From a virus: a stretch of DNA of 64,000 nt. A program made the position numbers and the translations under genes. Each line of letters starts with the position of its first letter. Positions within the stretch are counted from its first letter, which is position 1. Location of the stretch: IMG/VR virus record IMGVR_UViG_3300023184_004167, positions 64,001 to 128,000 of that record; one strand, 5' to 3'. This document shows positions 42,101-51,076 of the stretch, one piece after another. The notes beneath the pieces are model-generated. The model was not told the DNA's origin, searched no databases, and saw only the letters and a list, made by a program, of their open reading frames with translations.

Positions 42101-42343
42101 TGCCGCTTCATACTTAGGGATTTGAGTTCCAATAAATTTTGTTGGTTCTGTTCCGCCAAAAAACGCTTGGAATTCGTCATAATTTGTTATGAAGATTGGT
42201 TCAAATGCAGGACCCCTTAAGGTTTCACCTACCAGACCTAATGTTGTAACACCGACACTTTGAGCGACGAATGATAAATCCGTCTCTGAAGTATACACCC
42301 CGGGTGATACGAATACTTTTTGATTTACTTGAGTTGTTGCCAT
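39113..42343 (-). CDS. Contractile tail sheath protein (T4 gp18-like)
   Basis: SPGVYTSETDLS at the N-terminus; YYPW, PWFASAGYTRG, LYQGRINPI, WGNKTL, LNVRRLL, LFEQND, PTRALEFI. Confidence 0.95.
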   Translation of the reverse strand: MATTQVNQKVFVSPGVYTSETDLSFVAQSVGVTTLGLVGETLRGPAFEPIFITNYDEFQAFFGGTEPTKFIGTQIPKYEAAYIAKSYLQQSNQLFVTRILGLSGYDAGPSWSLRVTANVDGTTIGIDSSVPTAPWTATFTGDTSLNTIQLISGALPIEVSSNYNTQYRLANGSVSTYSADTLNVLTSYALTPSTTGTTAIFYGAIPQSDYNVLASQYTILSNVFGCDDLDLHANDLTAGSNDSWFYSNFHLTTGVVYPGYSFNYNVTNLSTGTSTSTSFQITITGNTYTFSGTAYEGINNLIVATLRSRGISEYSSTQHGPEYEVPGRVDSFGNWIGDDLQMVCTDQYSYVQSSPFATFLLSGYTKDNNTFSFETSLLASSSKFITKVLGMDNFGKSRTQVPIFVEEIYAGALDYLYNKGYIRGLDCTLIALPDARSRSTQSIAWNLEKYTTPMTPFLVSELRGTEVFNLFRFISISDGTAANTEVKVSIAGISFNNQTFDVLVRSFYDTDTNPVVIEKFTNCNLDINSNSFIAKKIGTANGEFALISKYIMVEMADNYPADALPCGFHGYTQRVYSNTSNPSPIAIYKTHYNIPGETVFNPPFGSTSGGVNVVTSNGDVIRRTYLGFSSKLGVDDSFLQYKGKQNPTIGWETATDSDSWNYQTRGFHMDSGATVITISNSYDTSGETAFDCGVASFHSEPSTQANPYYFIYSRKFTVCFAGGFDGWDVYREFRTNEQRFRLGGLGYLDGAAPDTRYPTATGDGMFKPIVVNQNTVDYANTDFYAYLLGIETFANPEATNINIFATGSIDIVNHDSLAEAAINMVQYERADSIYIAAIPDYDMYTPDGGDSINNILPQEAVDNLDQTGIDSNYTATYYPWILVRDTVNNTQIYLPPTGEVCRNLALTDNIAFPWFASAGYTRGLVNSVKARFKLTQEDRDTLYQGRINPIATFSDVGTVIWGNKTLQISDSALNRLNVRRLLLQARKLISAVAVRLLFEQNDQIVRQQFLDSVNPILDAIRRDRGLYDFRVTVSSSPEDLDRNTLNGKIYLKPTRALEFINIEFLITPTGASFENI

Positions 42344-42463
42344 TATTATGTTGTTCTATTAATGATTTATTTTATAGATAAATATTCATAACTAATGGAA
42401 AAAACTTTACTTTTATAAAACTATTTATATATAGTATGAAAAAATTCTGCTTATTTTCTATTT

Positions 42464-42631
42464 ATGTCACAAAACGATAACAAGGATATAAAAAATATTA
42501 AGATATCTGTAGAGTCTCACGCAATATTAAAAAAATATTGTGATAAGAGAGGTATTAAAATTTATAAGTTTTTAGAGAACTTAATAATTGAAAAATGTAA
42601 AGAAAAAAAAGATATCTACGGGGAAGATTAA
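42464..42631 (+). CDS. Unannotated 55-aa ribbon-helix-helix DNA-binding protein
   Basis: MSQNDNKDIKNIKISVESHAILKKYCDKRGIKIYKFLENLIIEKCKEKKDIYGED*: beta strand KNIKIS, helix, Gly turn, helix. TATTTAT lies upstream on the + strand (42422-42428). Confidence 0.7.
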   Translation: MSQNDNKDIKNIKISVESHAILKKYCDKRGIKIYKFLENLIIEKCKEKKDIYGED

Positions 42632-43668
42632 ACTAATGCGTTTCCAAATTTTAAAATAGATTCTAATGTGTTGTCATTTTTAATAATATCTATTTGTAAT
42701 AAGTCATTGGTATTAATTGGTATTGCCTGAATATCTGTACCATAATAGTCCCCATTAATATAAACATCATAAGAACTAATATTTTTAGAATAATCTACAT
42801 TCATATTGATAGTGTAGTCCATATTTTTACTAAAAGAAGTCACACCAACAGCAAACGGAAAAGTTAATTCAAATAAATTTGCATTTTCAGGTTTTTTATC
42901 AGCCCTTCTTTTTCTTGTGGTTGTATCAAGTTCAAATACTTGCATTACCCTTGATATTGCGGGTTTAACTTGGAATTCTTCTTCATCTATCAGATAACCA
43001 AGCATTGTAAAATCATAGTTCTGTATATAATATTTTCTTTTATCAATATCCATAACAGACTCATCTGATATATTTGTTGAGATAATTGGAACATATTGTC
43101 CTTTAATGAAGGTATATGCTTGTCTTGAAGAAAATTTTTGTAGAACAACTTTGTTAAACAAATTAAGTTCTCTCATTCTATTACAAACTATTTTAACATT
43201 ATAAACAATATCTACAGGTACGGGTTGTGGTATAGTATAAATGTCCATACCTTGTTGATTACCATTCCAAGTTGGTACTTGAGCAAAGTAAAATTGTTTT
43301 CTATTTGGTATGGTATACATTAATGCCGGATTAGTTCCGTATTTTACTTCAGGTTGTCTTACAACAGTAATGAATGGGGGTTTTGCATTTAAATCATTAT
43401 CAACAAAGTTCCAAGTTTCAGTAAATTGAGCCCAATTTTGTGTTGTTAATATAATATCAACCATTGGAACAATTTTACCTTCAGATACAATAGATAAATC
43501 ATTTTTAACAAAATCTAACATACCTCTATCTAAATCAGCGTGTAAAACCGACTTTGGTAGATAAGTCCCATCCTTTGTTATAAATTCCGCCAATTCTTGT
43601 CTACGGGCAGATAATTCCTTATCAGGAACCAAAGGAAGAGTTTTTTTAATTTGTTTAGGAAATGCCAT
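42628..43668 (-). CDS. Probable tail terminator/tail completion protein (gp15-like position)
   Basis: PPFITVVR and PQPVPVDIVYNVKI motifs; lies between the neck and sheath genes. Confidence 0.55.
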   Translation of the reverse strand: MAFPKQIKKTLPLVPDKELSARRQELAEFITKDGTYLPKSVLHADLDRGMLDFVKNDLSIVSEGKIVPMVDIILTTQNWAQFTETWNFVDNDLNAKPPFITVVRQPEVKYGTNPALMYTIPNRKQFYFAQVPTWNGNQQGMDIYTIPQPVPVDIVYNVKIVCNRMRELNLFNKVVLQKFSSRQAYTFIKGQYVPIISTNISDESVMDIDKRKYYIQNYDFTMLGYLIDEEEFQVKPAISRVMQVFELDTTTRKRRADKKPENANLFELTFPFAVGVTSFSKNMDYTINMNVDYSKNISSYDVYINGDYYGTDIQAIPINTNDLLQIDIIKNDNTLESILKFGNALV

Positions 43669-44090
43669 TATTTTTGAATTACAAACAATTTATTTTTTGA
43701 ATTTATCATATCAACCTCTTTCGCCTTAAAAACAGGTTCCTCCGTTTCTTTATAAACAAAACTATTATGTTTATATGGGTTATACGTAACAACATCTACC
43801 ATTGCTTCTTCAGGCATTTCATCACAAGGATATTGACAATAATCAATCAAATCACCAATTACAAATGCATGAACATTTTTAGATTTTTCATCTCTAACTC
43901 TTTCATTTCCTCTTTGTCTAACTCTAAATTCAACATTTTTTAATTTTAAATAGTCGGCGTGTAAGATTACTAAACCATTTTTTTGAACTGAGAATGTGTG
44001 TTTGTGTAAGTTATAGTATACCATAACCCTGTCTCCCAAAATTGAGTCAACCAACATTTTTTTCTGTGTTTCTGTTATTATTATTCTCAT
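43668..44090 (-). CDS. Hypothetical phage protein, 140 aa
   Basis: VYYNLHKHTFSV...KNVHAFVIG...VTYNPYK; overlaps both neighbours. Confidence 0.6.
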   Translation of the reverse strand: MRIIITETQKKMLVDSILGDRVMVYYNLHKHTFSVQKNGLVILHADYLKLKNVEFRVRQRGNERVRDEKSKNVHAFVIGDLIDYCQYPCDEMPEEAMVDVVTYNPYKHNSFVYKETEEPVFKAKEVDMINSKNKLFVIQK

Positions 44091-44599
44091 ATTCCTTTAA
44101 AATCATTTTGACTAACGGGTGTTGCAACTATTGTTCTATAAAATGGTCTAATTCCTCCGTATGTGTGTTTATTATCTGAAACAACCCTACCATCATCGGA
44201 AACACTATAATATCTCACCTTATTTTCAGTTTCATAATACCCTATATAATCACCAAATAGTATGTCCACTTGTAAATCATCCAAAGTTTTTTGATAAATA
44301 GAGAAATTCATATTACCCGGTTCTTCTTGTCTCAATTTTGAACTACCTAATTTTTGATTGGTGGGGGCAACAATTTTAACCAAACCTTTTAATTCAACAG
44401 GGGGTAAAAACTTTTGTCCATCTTCAACAACCTCACCATAAACATCATCCGTTTTCGTTTTGTATCTATCAACTCTATATAGGACAACAGTAAAGTTCAT
44501 ATCACCTTCAAGCCATTCTTGACCCATACTGATATCTAAAGCATAATCTTCTCCACCAAAAAATCTACCCAACCTTGTTATCGGAACTAATTTTTGCAT
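44087..44599 (-). CDS. Probable neck/head-closure protein (gp14-like)
   Basis: VVLYRVD...DDVYGE...FLPPVEL and GDYIGY...YYSV; position upstream of the terminator and sheath genes. Confidence 0.55.
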   Translation of the reverse strand: MQKLVPITRLGRFFGGEDYALDISMGQEWLEGDMNFTVVLYRVDRYKTKTDDVYGEVVEDGQKFLPPVELKGLVKIVAPTNQKLGSSKLRQEEPGNMNFSIYQKTLDDLQVDILFGDYIGYYETENKVRYYSVSDDGRVVSDNKHTYGGIRPFYRTIVATPVSQNDFKGI

Positions 44600-44600
44600 A

Positions 44601-44629
44601 TTGATAAATATATAAATTATAACTATATT
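44601..44629 (+). promoter_or_regulatory. Divergent promoter region: sigma70-like promoter for the SNF2 gene overlapping the minus-strand TATTTAT motif
   Basis: TTGATA-N17-TATATT on +; ATAAATA at 44604-44610 (TATTTAT on -), 4 nt from the neck gene ATG. Confidence 0.6.
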
Positions 44630-44650
44630 TAAGATAATTTTTATTCATTA

Positions 44651-46402
44651 ATGGAAATAAGCTTAGAATCAAAGGCATTAACTATTCTTGAAACTTACGA
44701 AGGGTCAAACAATCATATATTGGAACTTAAAAGAAAGTCCCAAATTAACAGAAAATTCTACCCAACAAGAAGTCAATCGGAGTATATTATATCTAACCAT
44801 ACTAAACAACCAAAAGTTGCCAAGAAATGGGCAGTTCTTGATGCATACTTCGCTCAGAAGTTTGCTGATGATAAATTATATCCCATTGTTCCTGAAAAAG
44901 TTTATGTTGAAAAGATATTGGCGGAAAAAGAAAAGGCTTATCATATTTGGGGTAAGATGTTTGAAAAAGAAGAACTTCACGAATTTTGGTTACCAAAGGC
45001 CTCAATCATTAAAGACAATACAGTAAAGAATGTTGTTATTAACTATGAAAAATATTCCAATCGTCCCCCACTTGAACATCAAAAAGAAGCAATCCAAAAA
45101 TTAGTTGAAAACAAAAGATTTATCCTTGCTGATGACATGGGATTGGGTAAGACAACTTCCACAATTATTGCGGCGTTAGAGGCTGGTGCAAAAAAAATAT
45201 TAATAATCTGTCCGGCGACCCTTAAAATAAATTGGAAGAGAGAAATTGAAAACTATTCCAACAAAGATGTTTTTATTGCGGAAAGTAAAACCTTTTCAAC
45301 TGAGCATGATTTTGTGATAATAAACTATGATATAATAAAAAATTTCCACGATGTTAAAAATAAAGAAAATTCCGAAATTCTTAAGTCCAATTTTGATTTG
45401 GTTATTGTTGACGAAGCGCACTATATTAAAAATGCTCAAGCTCAGCGAACAAAATTAATAAATGATTTTGTTAAAGATATTGATAGGTTGTGGTTATTAA
45501 CGGGAACTCCGATGACATCTCGCCCCATTGATTATTATAATCTTTTAAGTTTGGTTGATTCACCATCAGCAAAAAATTGGATGGCTTATGTTATTAGATA
45601 TTGTGCTGGGTATCAATTTAAGGTTGGACCTAGAAAAATATGGAATGTAATGGGAGCCTCTAACTTGGAGGAACTAAGGGATAGAACATCAGGGACAATA
45701 TTAAGAAGACTTAAAGAAGATGTATTAGATTTACCCGATAAAATTATTACCCCCGTTTATTTGAGATTAAAATCAAAATTATATGAGGAATTAATGGGTG
45801 ATTATTATAATTGGTATGAAAAAAACCCTGATGAATCAAAATCACTTACTGTTCAGTTTTCAAAACTTACTAAAGTTAGACAAGTTATTGCAGATGAAAA
45901 AATTTTACATACCATTGAACTTGCTGAAAATATTATAGAACAAGATAAAAAAGTTATCATATTTTGTAATTTTACCGATTCATTAAATAAAATTGTTGAA
46001 CACTTTGGTAAATCAGCCGTTAAACTTGATGGTTCAATGTCAAAACCAGAAAGACAAAGGAGTGTTGATGAGTTTCAAGATAACCCAAAGGTAAAAGTAT
46101 TTGTTGGGAATATTAGGGCGGCCGGAGTAGGTATTACCTTAACAGCCGCTGAAGCGGTGATAATGAATGACTTATCTTTTCTTCCCTCAGACCACGCTCA
46201 ATCCGAAGACAGGGCATATAGATATGGACAAAAAAATAATGTATTAGTTTACTACCCTATTTTTGAGAATAGTGTAGAGGGGGTTATATATGATATTATC
46301 AATGCAAAGAAACAAGTTATTGCAACAGTAATGGGGGATAATCAAAATATTGCTGACGCAGCAGAAGAAATTTTACAAAAAATAAACAATTTAAGAAATT
46401 AA
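44651..46402 (+). CDS. SNF2-family helicase (SMARCAL1/HARP-like annealing helicase type)
   Basis: LADDMGLGKT, VDEAH, LTGTP, GVGITLT, QSEDRAYRYGQ. Confidence 0.92.
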   Translation: MEISLESKALTILETYEGSNNHILELKRKSQINRKFYPTRSQSEYIISNHTKQPKVAKKWAVLDAYFAQKFADDKLYPIVPEKVYVEKILAEKEKAYHIWGKMFEKEELHEFWLPKASIIKDNTVKNVVINYEKYSNRPPLEHQKEAIQKLVENKRFILADDMGLGKTTSTIIAALEAGAKKILIICPATLKINWKREIENYSNKDVFIAESKTFSTEHDFVIINYDIIKNFHDVKNKENSEILKSNFDLVIVDEAHYIKNAQAQRTKLINDFVKDIDRLWLLTGTPMTSRPIDYYNLLSLVDSPSAKNWMAYVIRYCAGYQFKVGPRKIWNVMGASNLEELRDRTSGTILRRLKEDVLDLPDKIITPVYLRLKSKLYEELMGDYYNWYEKNPDESKSLTVQFSKLTKVRQVIADEKILHTIELAENIIEQDKKVIIFCNFTDSLNKIVEHFGKSAVKLDGSMSKPERQRSVDEFQDNPKVKVFVGNIRAAGVGITLTAAEAVIMNDLSFLPSDHAQSEDRAYRYGQKNNVLVYYPIFENSVEGVIYDIINAKKQVIATVMGDNQNIADAAEEILQKINNLRN

Positions 46403-46426
46403 TCTTTTTTGTAAATATTTATTAAT

Positions 46427-47545
46427 ATGTCAGTAATCCAAGAACCCGAAAGGTCAAAAATTTATACCCGAATTAAACACCTATTAGGTGCTCCTATTAG
46501 AAGTGTTGAAATTGAAGATGAAATGATGGATTCTTTAATGGAACTATCAATTCAAGATTATGAACAATATATTCAAGATTGGTTGATTGAAACCAATTGG
46601 ACTAACTTAGTCAATCTTGATATGAGTAAACAATCTGTCGCGAACGCCTTAATTACAAGGACGTTTGACTTTGAAAAACAATTTCAATTTGCATACTCTA
46701 AAATTGTGGGACTCCAAGCCGTTGGGCCTTGGACTCTTAAAAAAGATTTCATCACATTAGAAAAAAATGTTCAAACATATGAAATTCCTGCGGGAAGAGA
46801 AATTAATGAACTACTTTGGTTTGCTAATAACACCTCTTCATTATTTGGGCCATTCGGTATGATGGGTGGCGGATTTGACGGAGCAGGACTTGGCGCGAAT
46901 CAAACGGGTTATGCTCAATTTGGTTCTCAAGGTTCTTTCTTTATGATGTCAGGGTTTGATTATTTGGTGAGAGCACAAGAAGCAAATATTCTTAATAGAA
47001 TTTTAGGTGGTAGTTTAACATATAGGGTAACAGCATCACTTGATGGTAAAAAATTAATTCACCTTATGAATACACCTGGTGGTAGATTTAACTGGTCAAC
47101 ATATAGTTCATATGTTGGTAGTAAAGTTTGGTATTGGTATTATGAGGTTGACGGAGCAGATAGAGATAGTTGTTTGAGATTAAATCCCGATATTATTAGA
47201 TTACCTTCAGATGTTCCATTAGATGCGTTATCTTGGCAAGATTTGAATGAACCCGCTCAACAATGGGTTAGAAGGTGGTTTACAGCATATGTTAAGGAAA
47301 CTTTAGGAAGAGTTAGAGGAAAATATAGTGGTAATTTAAAGACACCCGACTCCGAAATTCAATTGGAATACCAAAGTTTACAAACTGAAGGTAAAGATGA
47401 AAAATTAAAACTTCTTGAAGAATTACAATTAAGATTAGAAAGACTCCGTCCTGAAAAGCAAATGGAGAAAGAAGCATTAATTGCTGAAAATTTAAATAAA
47501 CAACTTAAGTTTAGAGCGTTCCAAAGACAAATATATGTAATTTAA
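46427..47545 (+). CDS. Neck/head-tail adaptor protein (T4 gp13-like)
   Basis: IKHLLGAPIRSVEIED at the N-terminus; WVRRWFTAYVKETLGRVRGKY and EGKDEKLKLLEEL at the C-terminus, as in gp13-like proteins. Confidence 0.75.
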   Translation: MSVIQEPERSKIYTRIKHLLGAPIRSVEIEDEMMDSLMELSIQDYEQYIQDWLIETNWTNLVNLDMSKQSVANALITRTFDFEKQFQFAYSKIVGLQAVGPWTLKKDFITLEKNVQTYEIPAGREINELLWFANNTSSLFGPFGMMGGGFDGAGLGANQTGYAQFGSQGSFFMMSGFDYLVRAQEANILNRILGGSLTYRVTASLDGKKLIHLMNTPGGRFNWSTYSSYVGSKVWYWYYEVDGADRDSCLRLNPDIIRLPSDVPLDALSWQDLNEPAQQWVRRWFTAYVKETLGRVRGKYSGNLKTPDSEIQLEYQSLQTEGKDEKLKLLEELQLRLERLRPEKQMEKEALIAENLNKQLKFRAFQRQIYVI

Positions 47546-47579
47546 TTTACTAATTAAATTATATTAATATAATACATAT

Positions 47580-47915
47580 ATGCCAATCATTAAATCAATA
47601 CCCATACAGAGAAGAATCAATGGGTTAGTTGTTAATACATCCGAAGTATCCATTGTTTCTGAAAGAGAATATAAAACAATGGGTGAAGAATGTATTATTG
47701 TTAAAGGTTTATTTGAGGCCACAATATATTTAGATTCTTCAACAACAGAACACATTGTAATCAAAGCATTAATCCAAACAATTATTAAACCACTTGTTGG
47801 TAAAATTGATGAACAATATGATGAAATCTTTGCTGACAAAGGTTCTTGTATTGAATTCAGATTCTGTGAAGGAAACTGGTATATTTTAAGTTCTGATGGA
47901 TTGAAATCCTCTTAA
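47580..47915 (+). CDS. Small beta-rich hypothetical protein, 111 aa
   Basis: ORF following the neck gene; C-terminal GSCIEFRFCEGNWYILSS. Confidence 0.55.
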   Translation: MPIIKSIPIQRRINGLVVNTSEVSIVSEREYKTMGEECIIVKGLFEATIYLDSSTTEHIVIKALIQTIIKPLVGKIDEQYDEIFADKGSCIEFRFCEGNWYILSSDGLKSS

Positions 47916-50614
47916 ACTTTATCTTCCCACCCTTCTTCAGCAAACTCATAGATATAGTTAGGTTCAATACCTCTTCTTTCCCAAAACTTTAATTCGGCTT
48001 CAGTAATAGTTAATAAGTCCTCAACACTATCTTGGTCTTGTGGTTCAAATGGAATACCATTAATTAATTCACATTGTGATGTTGTAAATATCCCTCTTTG
48101 TTCTGGGTCTGTAACCAATAAACTATCTCTAACTTCTTGGTTAAATACAATTAACAACGGCTCAATTTTTTTGTTAAAAGTTGATATTGCTCTTGGAACA
48201 TTATATTCACCAGTTAATTCAGGATTCTTTTCAATATCTGCCGGATTTAATAAATAACAATTTATCTGAACTCCGTCACCTTTCTTTTGAACATCTCCGT
48301 GTGATGCCTTAATACCATTATTAACATAAGTTATAACATCACCAAGATTAACATTTAAATTATTTTGAATTGATAATTCCATGTGTGCCATTCTACTCAT
48401 ACTATTACCTGCCTTAGTTTTAGTTGATAATCTCTTCTTATAGTCATCAAGACTTAACTTAACTTTAGCTCTTTGGGCAATCTTACTTAATGGAATTTGT
48501 TTATCAAATATCTTTTGTAGGTATTCATAGTAATGTTCAACAAACTCTTTACCCTTACCTTCTAATAATAATTTAATTGCTTTATCCAAGTATTCTTCAA
48601 TATAAAGGGGGAGTTTTTTACTCTTAATGGAATTACCTGTAAGTTTAATCTTACCATTTGATTCCATAACCGCATAGTTTTTTCTTGATAAGTTAATACA
48701 ACTATCCCAAGTACCATCACAATCTAATGCCATCTCACCTCTTTGGAATATGTCATTGAATTCGGCAACATCCGCATAATAACCCGTGTATTCTTTACCC
48801 TCCTTAACTTTCCAATTTAAACCTTTACCGACATACTTCCTTATTTCAACACCATCCGGTATTGAGAAGTTCATACCATCCGTATCGCACACAAGTGGGG
48901 TATATCCCTTCTTTGTGAAAAATCTTAACATCTGACGTAGGTATTGTCTACCAGTACAAGTTATCTGTTCACCCATATACATATCACCCCAAGCAAACAC
49001 CTGTGGTGCTGATAATGCTCCGAACATGGAATTTATAAATATTTTAATCGGAAGTTGCTTGTTTGAATAAGATGCAGATTTTGATGGGTCTGACTCATAA
49101 TGTTCCTCGGCAAGTTGTTTGTATTTAATACGGGTATCACGGAAATACTTTAACATCCCTTTCATTGCACCCGTTACATCGCAAGTTGGGAACACATCGT
49201 GAACCAATTGTATTGACGGATAAAGAGAACTAAAATCCAATTTCAATACATTCTTTGAGAACCCCACCATTAATAATCTTGATAGTCCACCCACAAAGTC
49301 TGTCTTACTTTCTTTTGCCGGAATCGCCAACTTATGTTTATAACTCCAAGCCAACATTAACATCTTCCATAAGGTTGCGGTTCCCATTGTTGAAACCCTC
49401 TCATATGTTGTTGGAATCATTGCCGCAAGCAAGAATGAACCCTGATTAAATTCTTGGTCAACAAGTAATGTTTCATCCAAATCATCTTCAAGATATAACT
49501 CAACCAATCTATCTCCCGTTACTTTCTTATAAACACCAGGAAACTTAACATCCAAGTCTTGGTAGTCAGCAGATTTCTTATATTTTCCGTTTGTTGTGTT
49601 TAACCAATATTCTTCTTTATTAAGAAATAATTTACCAATGTCGGTATGTTCAATATAAACCCTATCCGCGGCTTCAGCCTTAATGTATTTTGTAATATAT
49701 TTCAAACCAGCACTCTTAATACTTGAATTGATTGCCTGTGCTCTACGAACAGAATGGATAATATCAATCACATTATAACCCCATATTTGTGTCTGTTGAA
49801 ACTCTTCCACCTCATTGGCAAGTTTTAACATACTACTCTTTTGATTTATAGAATGGTCAGGATGGAGGGAACGACAAATCTTTTTAATAGATAACCCAAG
49901 AATCTTACATCTTTCAAATATCCAAAACCAATCAAAGTTTGCAGAATTATAACCACCAATTATACTTGGTTTGAGTTCATCAATAACCCTAAAGAATTCT
50001 ATGATTGCACCCCTTTCTTGAGTTTCATCAATACATTCAATAACTCTATTATATCCTTTATTGGTTTTAATCCCAATCATAAATATTCTACCCTGAGATG
50101 GTTCTAATGATGTTGTCTCCAAATCAAATACAAGTCTGGTTACTTCATTGTAATTCTCATATCCCTTGAATAGTCGTTTTTCTCTTGAAATAAGGTATTG
50201 CTCAACGGGGGGTAGTATCTGTATCTTATCTTTTGCTTTGTCTCCCCAGGGGTCTAATTGTCCGTCTCTGAAGAATTGTATCAATTCCCTATATCCTTTT
50301 AAAGATTTAACCATAAATGTTAAACCTTTTTCTAATCTTTCATTACCATTTGTTTCTAATTTTTCTATGACAATACCATATTTGGACATCGCCTCTTTCT
50401 GCAAAGCCTTGGAGTTTTGATAGAAATTTAAATTACGTAAATCACCCACCCAAGCAAATGGGGTAAAGGTGTCTTTTCTTATTTCTTTTCCTTTTCCGGG
50501 GATTTCTTTAATCTTATAGATGGAGTTGCTCGCGTAGTCATACTCTATTGCAGTTATAAATTCTTCTGGGTCTCCTCCGTGTAAGAAGGACTCAATTTCT
50601 TGGTTGTCAATCAT
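47912..50614 (-). CDS. polB: Family B DNA polymerase with a 3'-5' exonuclease domain
   Basis: ExoI FDLET, ExoII YNSANFD; Pol A DFSSLYPS, Pol B KIFINSMFG, Pol C CDTDG; KNYA. Confidence 0.95.
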   Translation of the reverse strand: MIDNQEIESFLHGGDPEEFITAIEYDYASNSIYKIKEIPGKGKEIRKDTFTPFAWVGDLRNLNFYQNSKALQKEAMSKYGIVIEKLETNGNERLEKGLTFMVKSLKGYRELIQFFRDGQLDPWGDKAKDKIQILPPVEQYLISREKRLFKGYENYNEVTRLVFDLETTSLEPSQGRIFMIGIKTNKGYNRVIECIDETQERGAIIEFFRVIDELKPSIIGGYNSANFDWFWIFERCKILGLSIKKICRSLHPDHSINQKSSMLKLANEVEEFQQTQIWGYNVIDIIHSVRRAQAINSSIKSAGLKYITKYIKAEAADRVYIEHTDIGKLFLNKEEYWLNTTNGKYKKSADYQDLDVKFPGVYKKVTGDRLVELYLEDDLDETLLVDQEFNQGSFLLAAMIPTTYERVSTMGTATLWKMLMLAWSYKHKLAIPAKESKTDFVGGLSRLLMVGFSKNVLKLDFSSLYPSIQLVHDVFPTCDVTGAMKGMLKYFRDTRIKYKQLAEEHYESDPSKSASYSNKQLPIKIFINSMFGALSAPQVFAWGDMYMGEQITCTGRQYLRQMLRFFTKKGYTPLVCDTDGMNFSIPDGVEIRKYVGKGLNWKVKEGKEYTGYYADVAEFNDIFQRGEMALDCDGTWDSCINLSRKNYAVMESNGKIKLTGNSIKSKKLPLYIEEYLDKAIKLLLEGKGKEFVEHYYEYLQKIFDKQIPLSKIAQRAKVKLSLDDYKKRLSTKTKAGNSMSRMAHMELSIQNNLNVNLGDVITYVNNGIKASHGDVQKKGDGVQINCYLLNPADIEKNPELTGEYNVPRAISTFNKKIEPLLIVFNQEVRDSLLVTDPEQRGIFTTSQCELINGIPFEPQDQDSVEDLLTITEAELKFWERRGIEPNYIYEFAEEGWEDKV

Positions 50615-50625
50615 ATTTTAATTAA

Positions 50626-50670
50626 GAGTGGGATATTAGCTTTCACAACATTGTGAAGTTTGCCTTACTC
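50626..50670 (-). promoter_or_regulatory. Structured 5' leader of polB (candidate translational operator)
   Basis: GAGT...TTCACA-atgt-TGTGAA...ACTC nested stems ending 11 nt before the ATG. Confidence 0.5.
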
Positions 50671-50680
50671 ATTACCTATA

Positions 50681-50709
50681 AATATAATTAACTAAACTTG
50701 ATTAGTCAA
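50681..50709 (-). promoter_or_regulatory. Sigma70-like promoter for polB
   Basis: TTGACT-N17-TATATT on the minus strand. Confidence 0.7.
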
Positions 50710-50717
50710 AATCAATT

Positions 50718-51056
50718 TTATTTTTTAAAAAATTTACTTATATCTAAACTTTTTAAATATTCTTCTTTTTTACTTACTCTATTATTCATTATAGATTGCA
50801 ATTTTGGTGATATATTTTTTCTTGGTTTCATTGCAGATAGCAGAGCCCTTTCTTCATCAGACATTGGTTTACCTTTTTGCGGATTAATAATTTCCTTTAA
50901 TTGTTCTGGTAAAAACACACCATTTAATGCCGTTTTAGCTGTTTCACACTCTAAGTATGTCATTTCAAACGCATCTTTAATATCATCAACCCACGTTTCA
51001 GTTTCAACTGATTTAAGGTATTTATTATCTGTTGTTCTTTTTATTATCTTTATCAT
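50718..51056 (-). CDS. Hypothetical protein, 112 aa
   Basis: ORF with an A-rich upstream region, co-oriented with its neighbours. Confidence 0.55.
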   Translation of the reverse strand: MIKIIKRTTDNKYLKSVETETWVDDIKDAFEMTYLECETAKTALNGVFLPEQLKEIINPQKGKPMSDEERALLSAMKPRKNISPKLQSIMNNRVSKKEEYLKSLDISKFFKK

Positions 51057-51076
51057 AATTTTATTTTTTTATTGAT

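Noticed and set aside
11457-43668. Extracellular contractile injection system or tailocin locus
   Set aside because: It is interleaved with neck proteins, DNA polymerase, helicases and RNR, which indicates a complete phage.
50626-50670. polB leader as a c-di-GMP-I riboswitch (contains GGCAAAC and GAAA)
   Set aside because: It is too short and lacks the second stem and tetraloop-receptor architecture; kept only as a generic structured leader.
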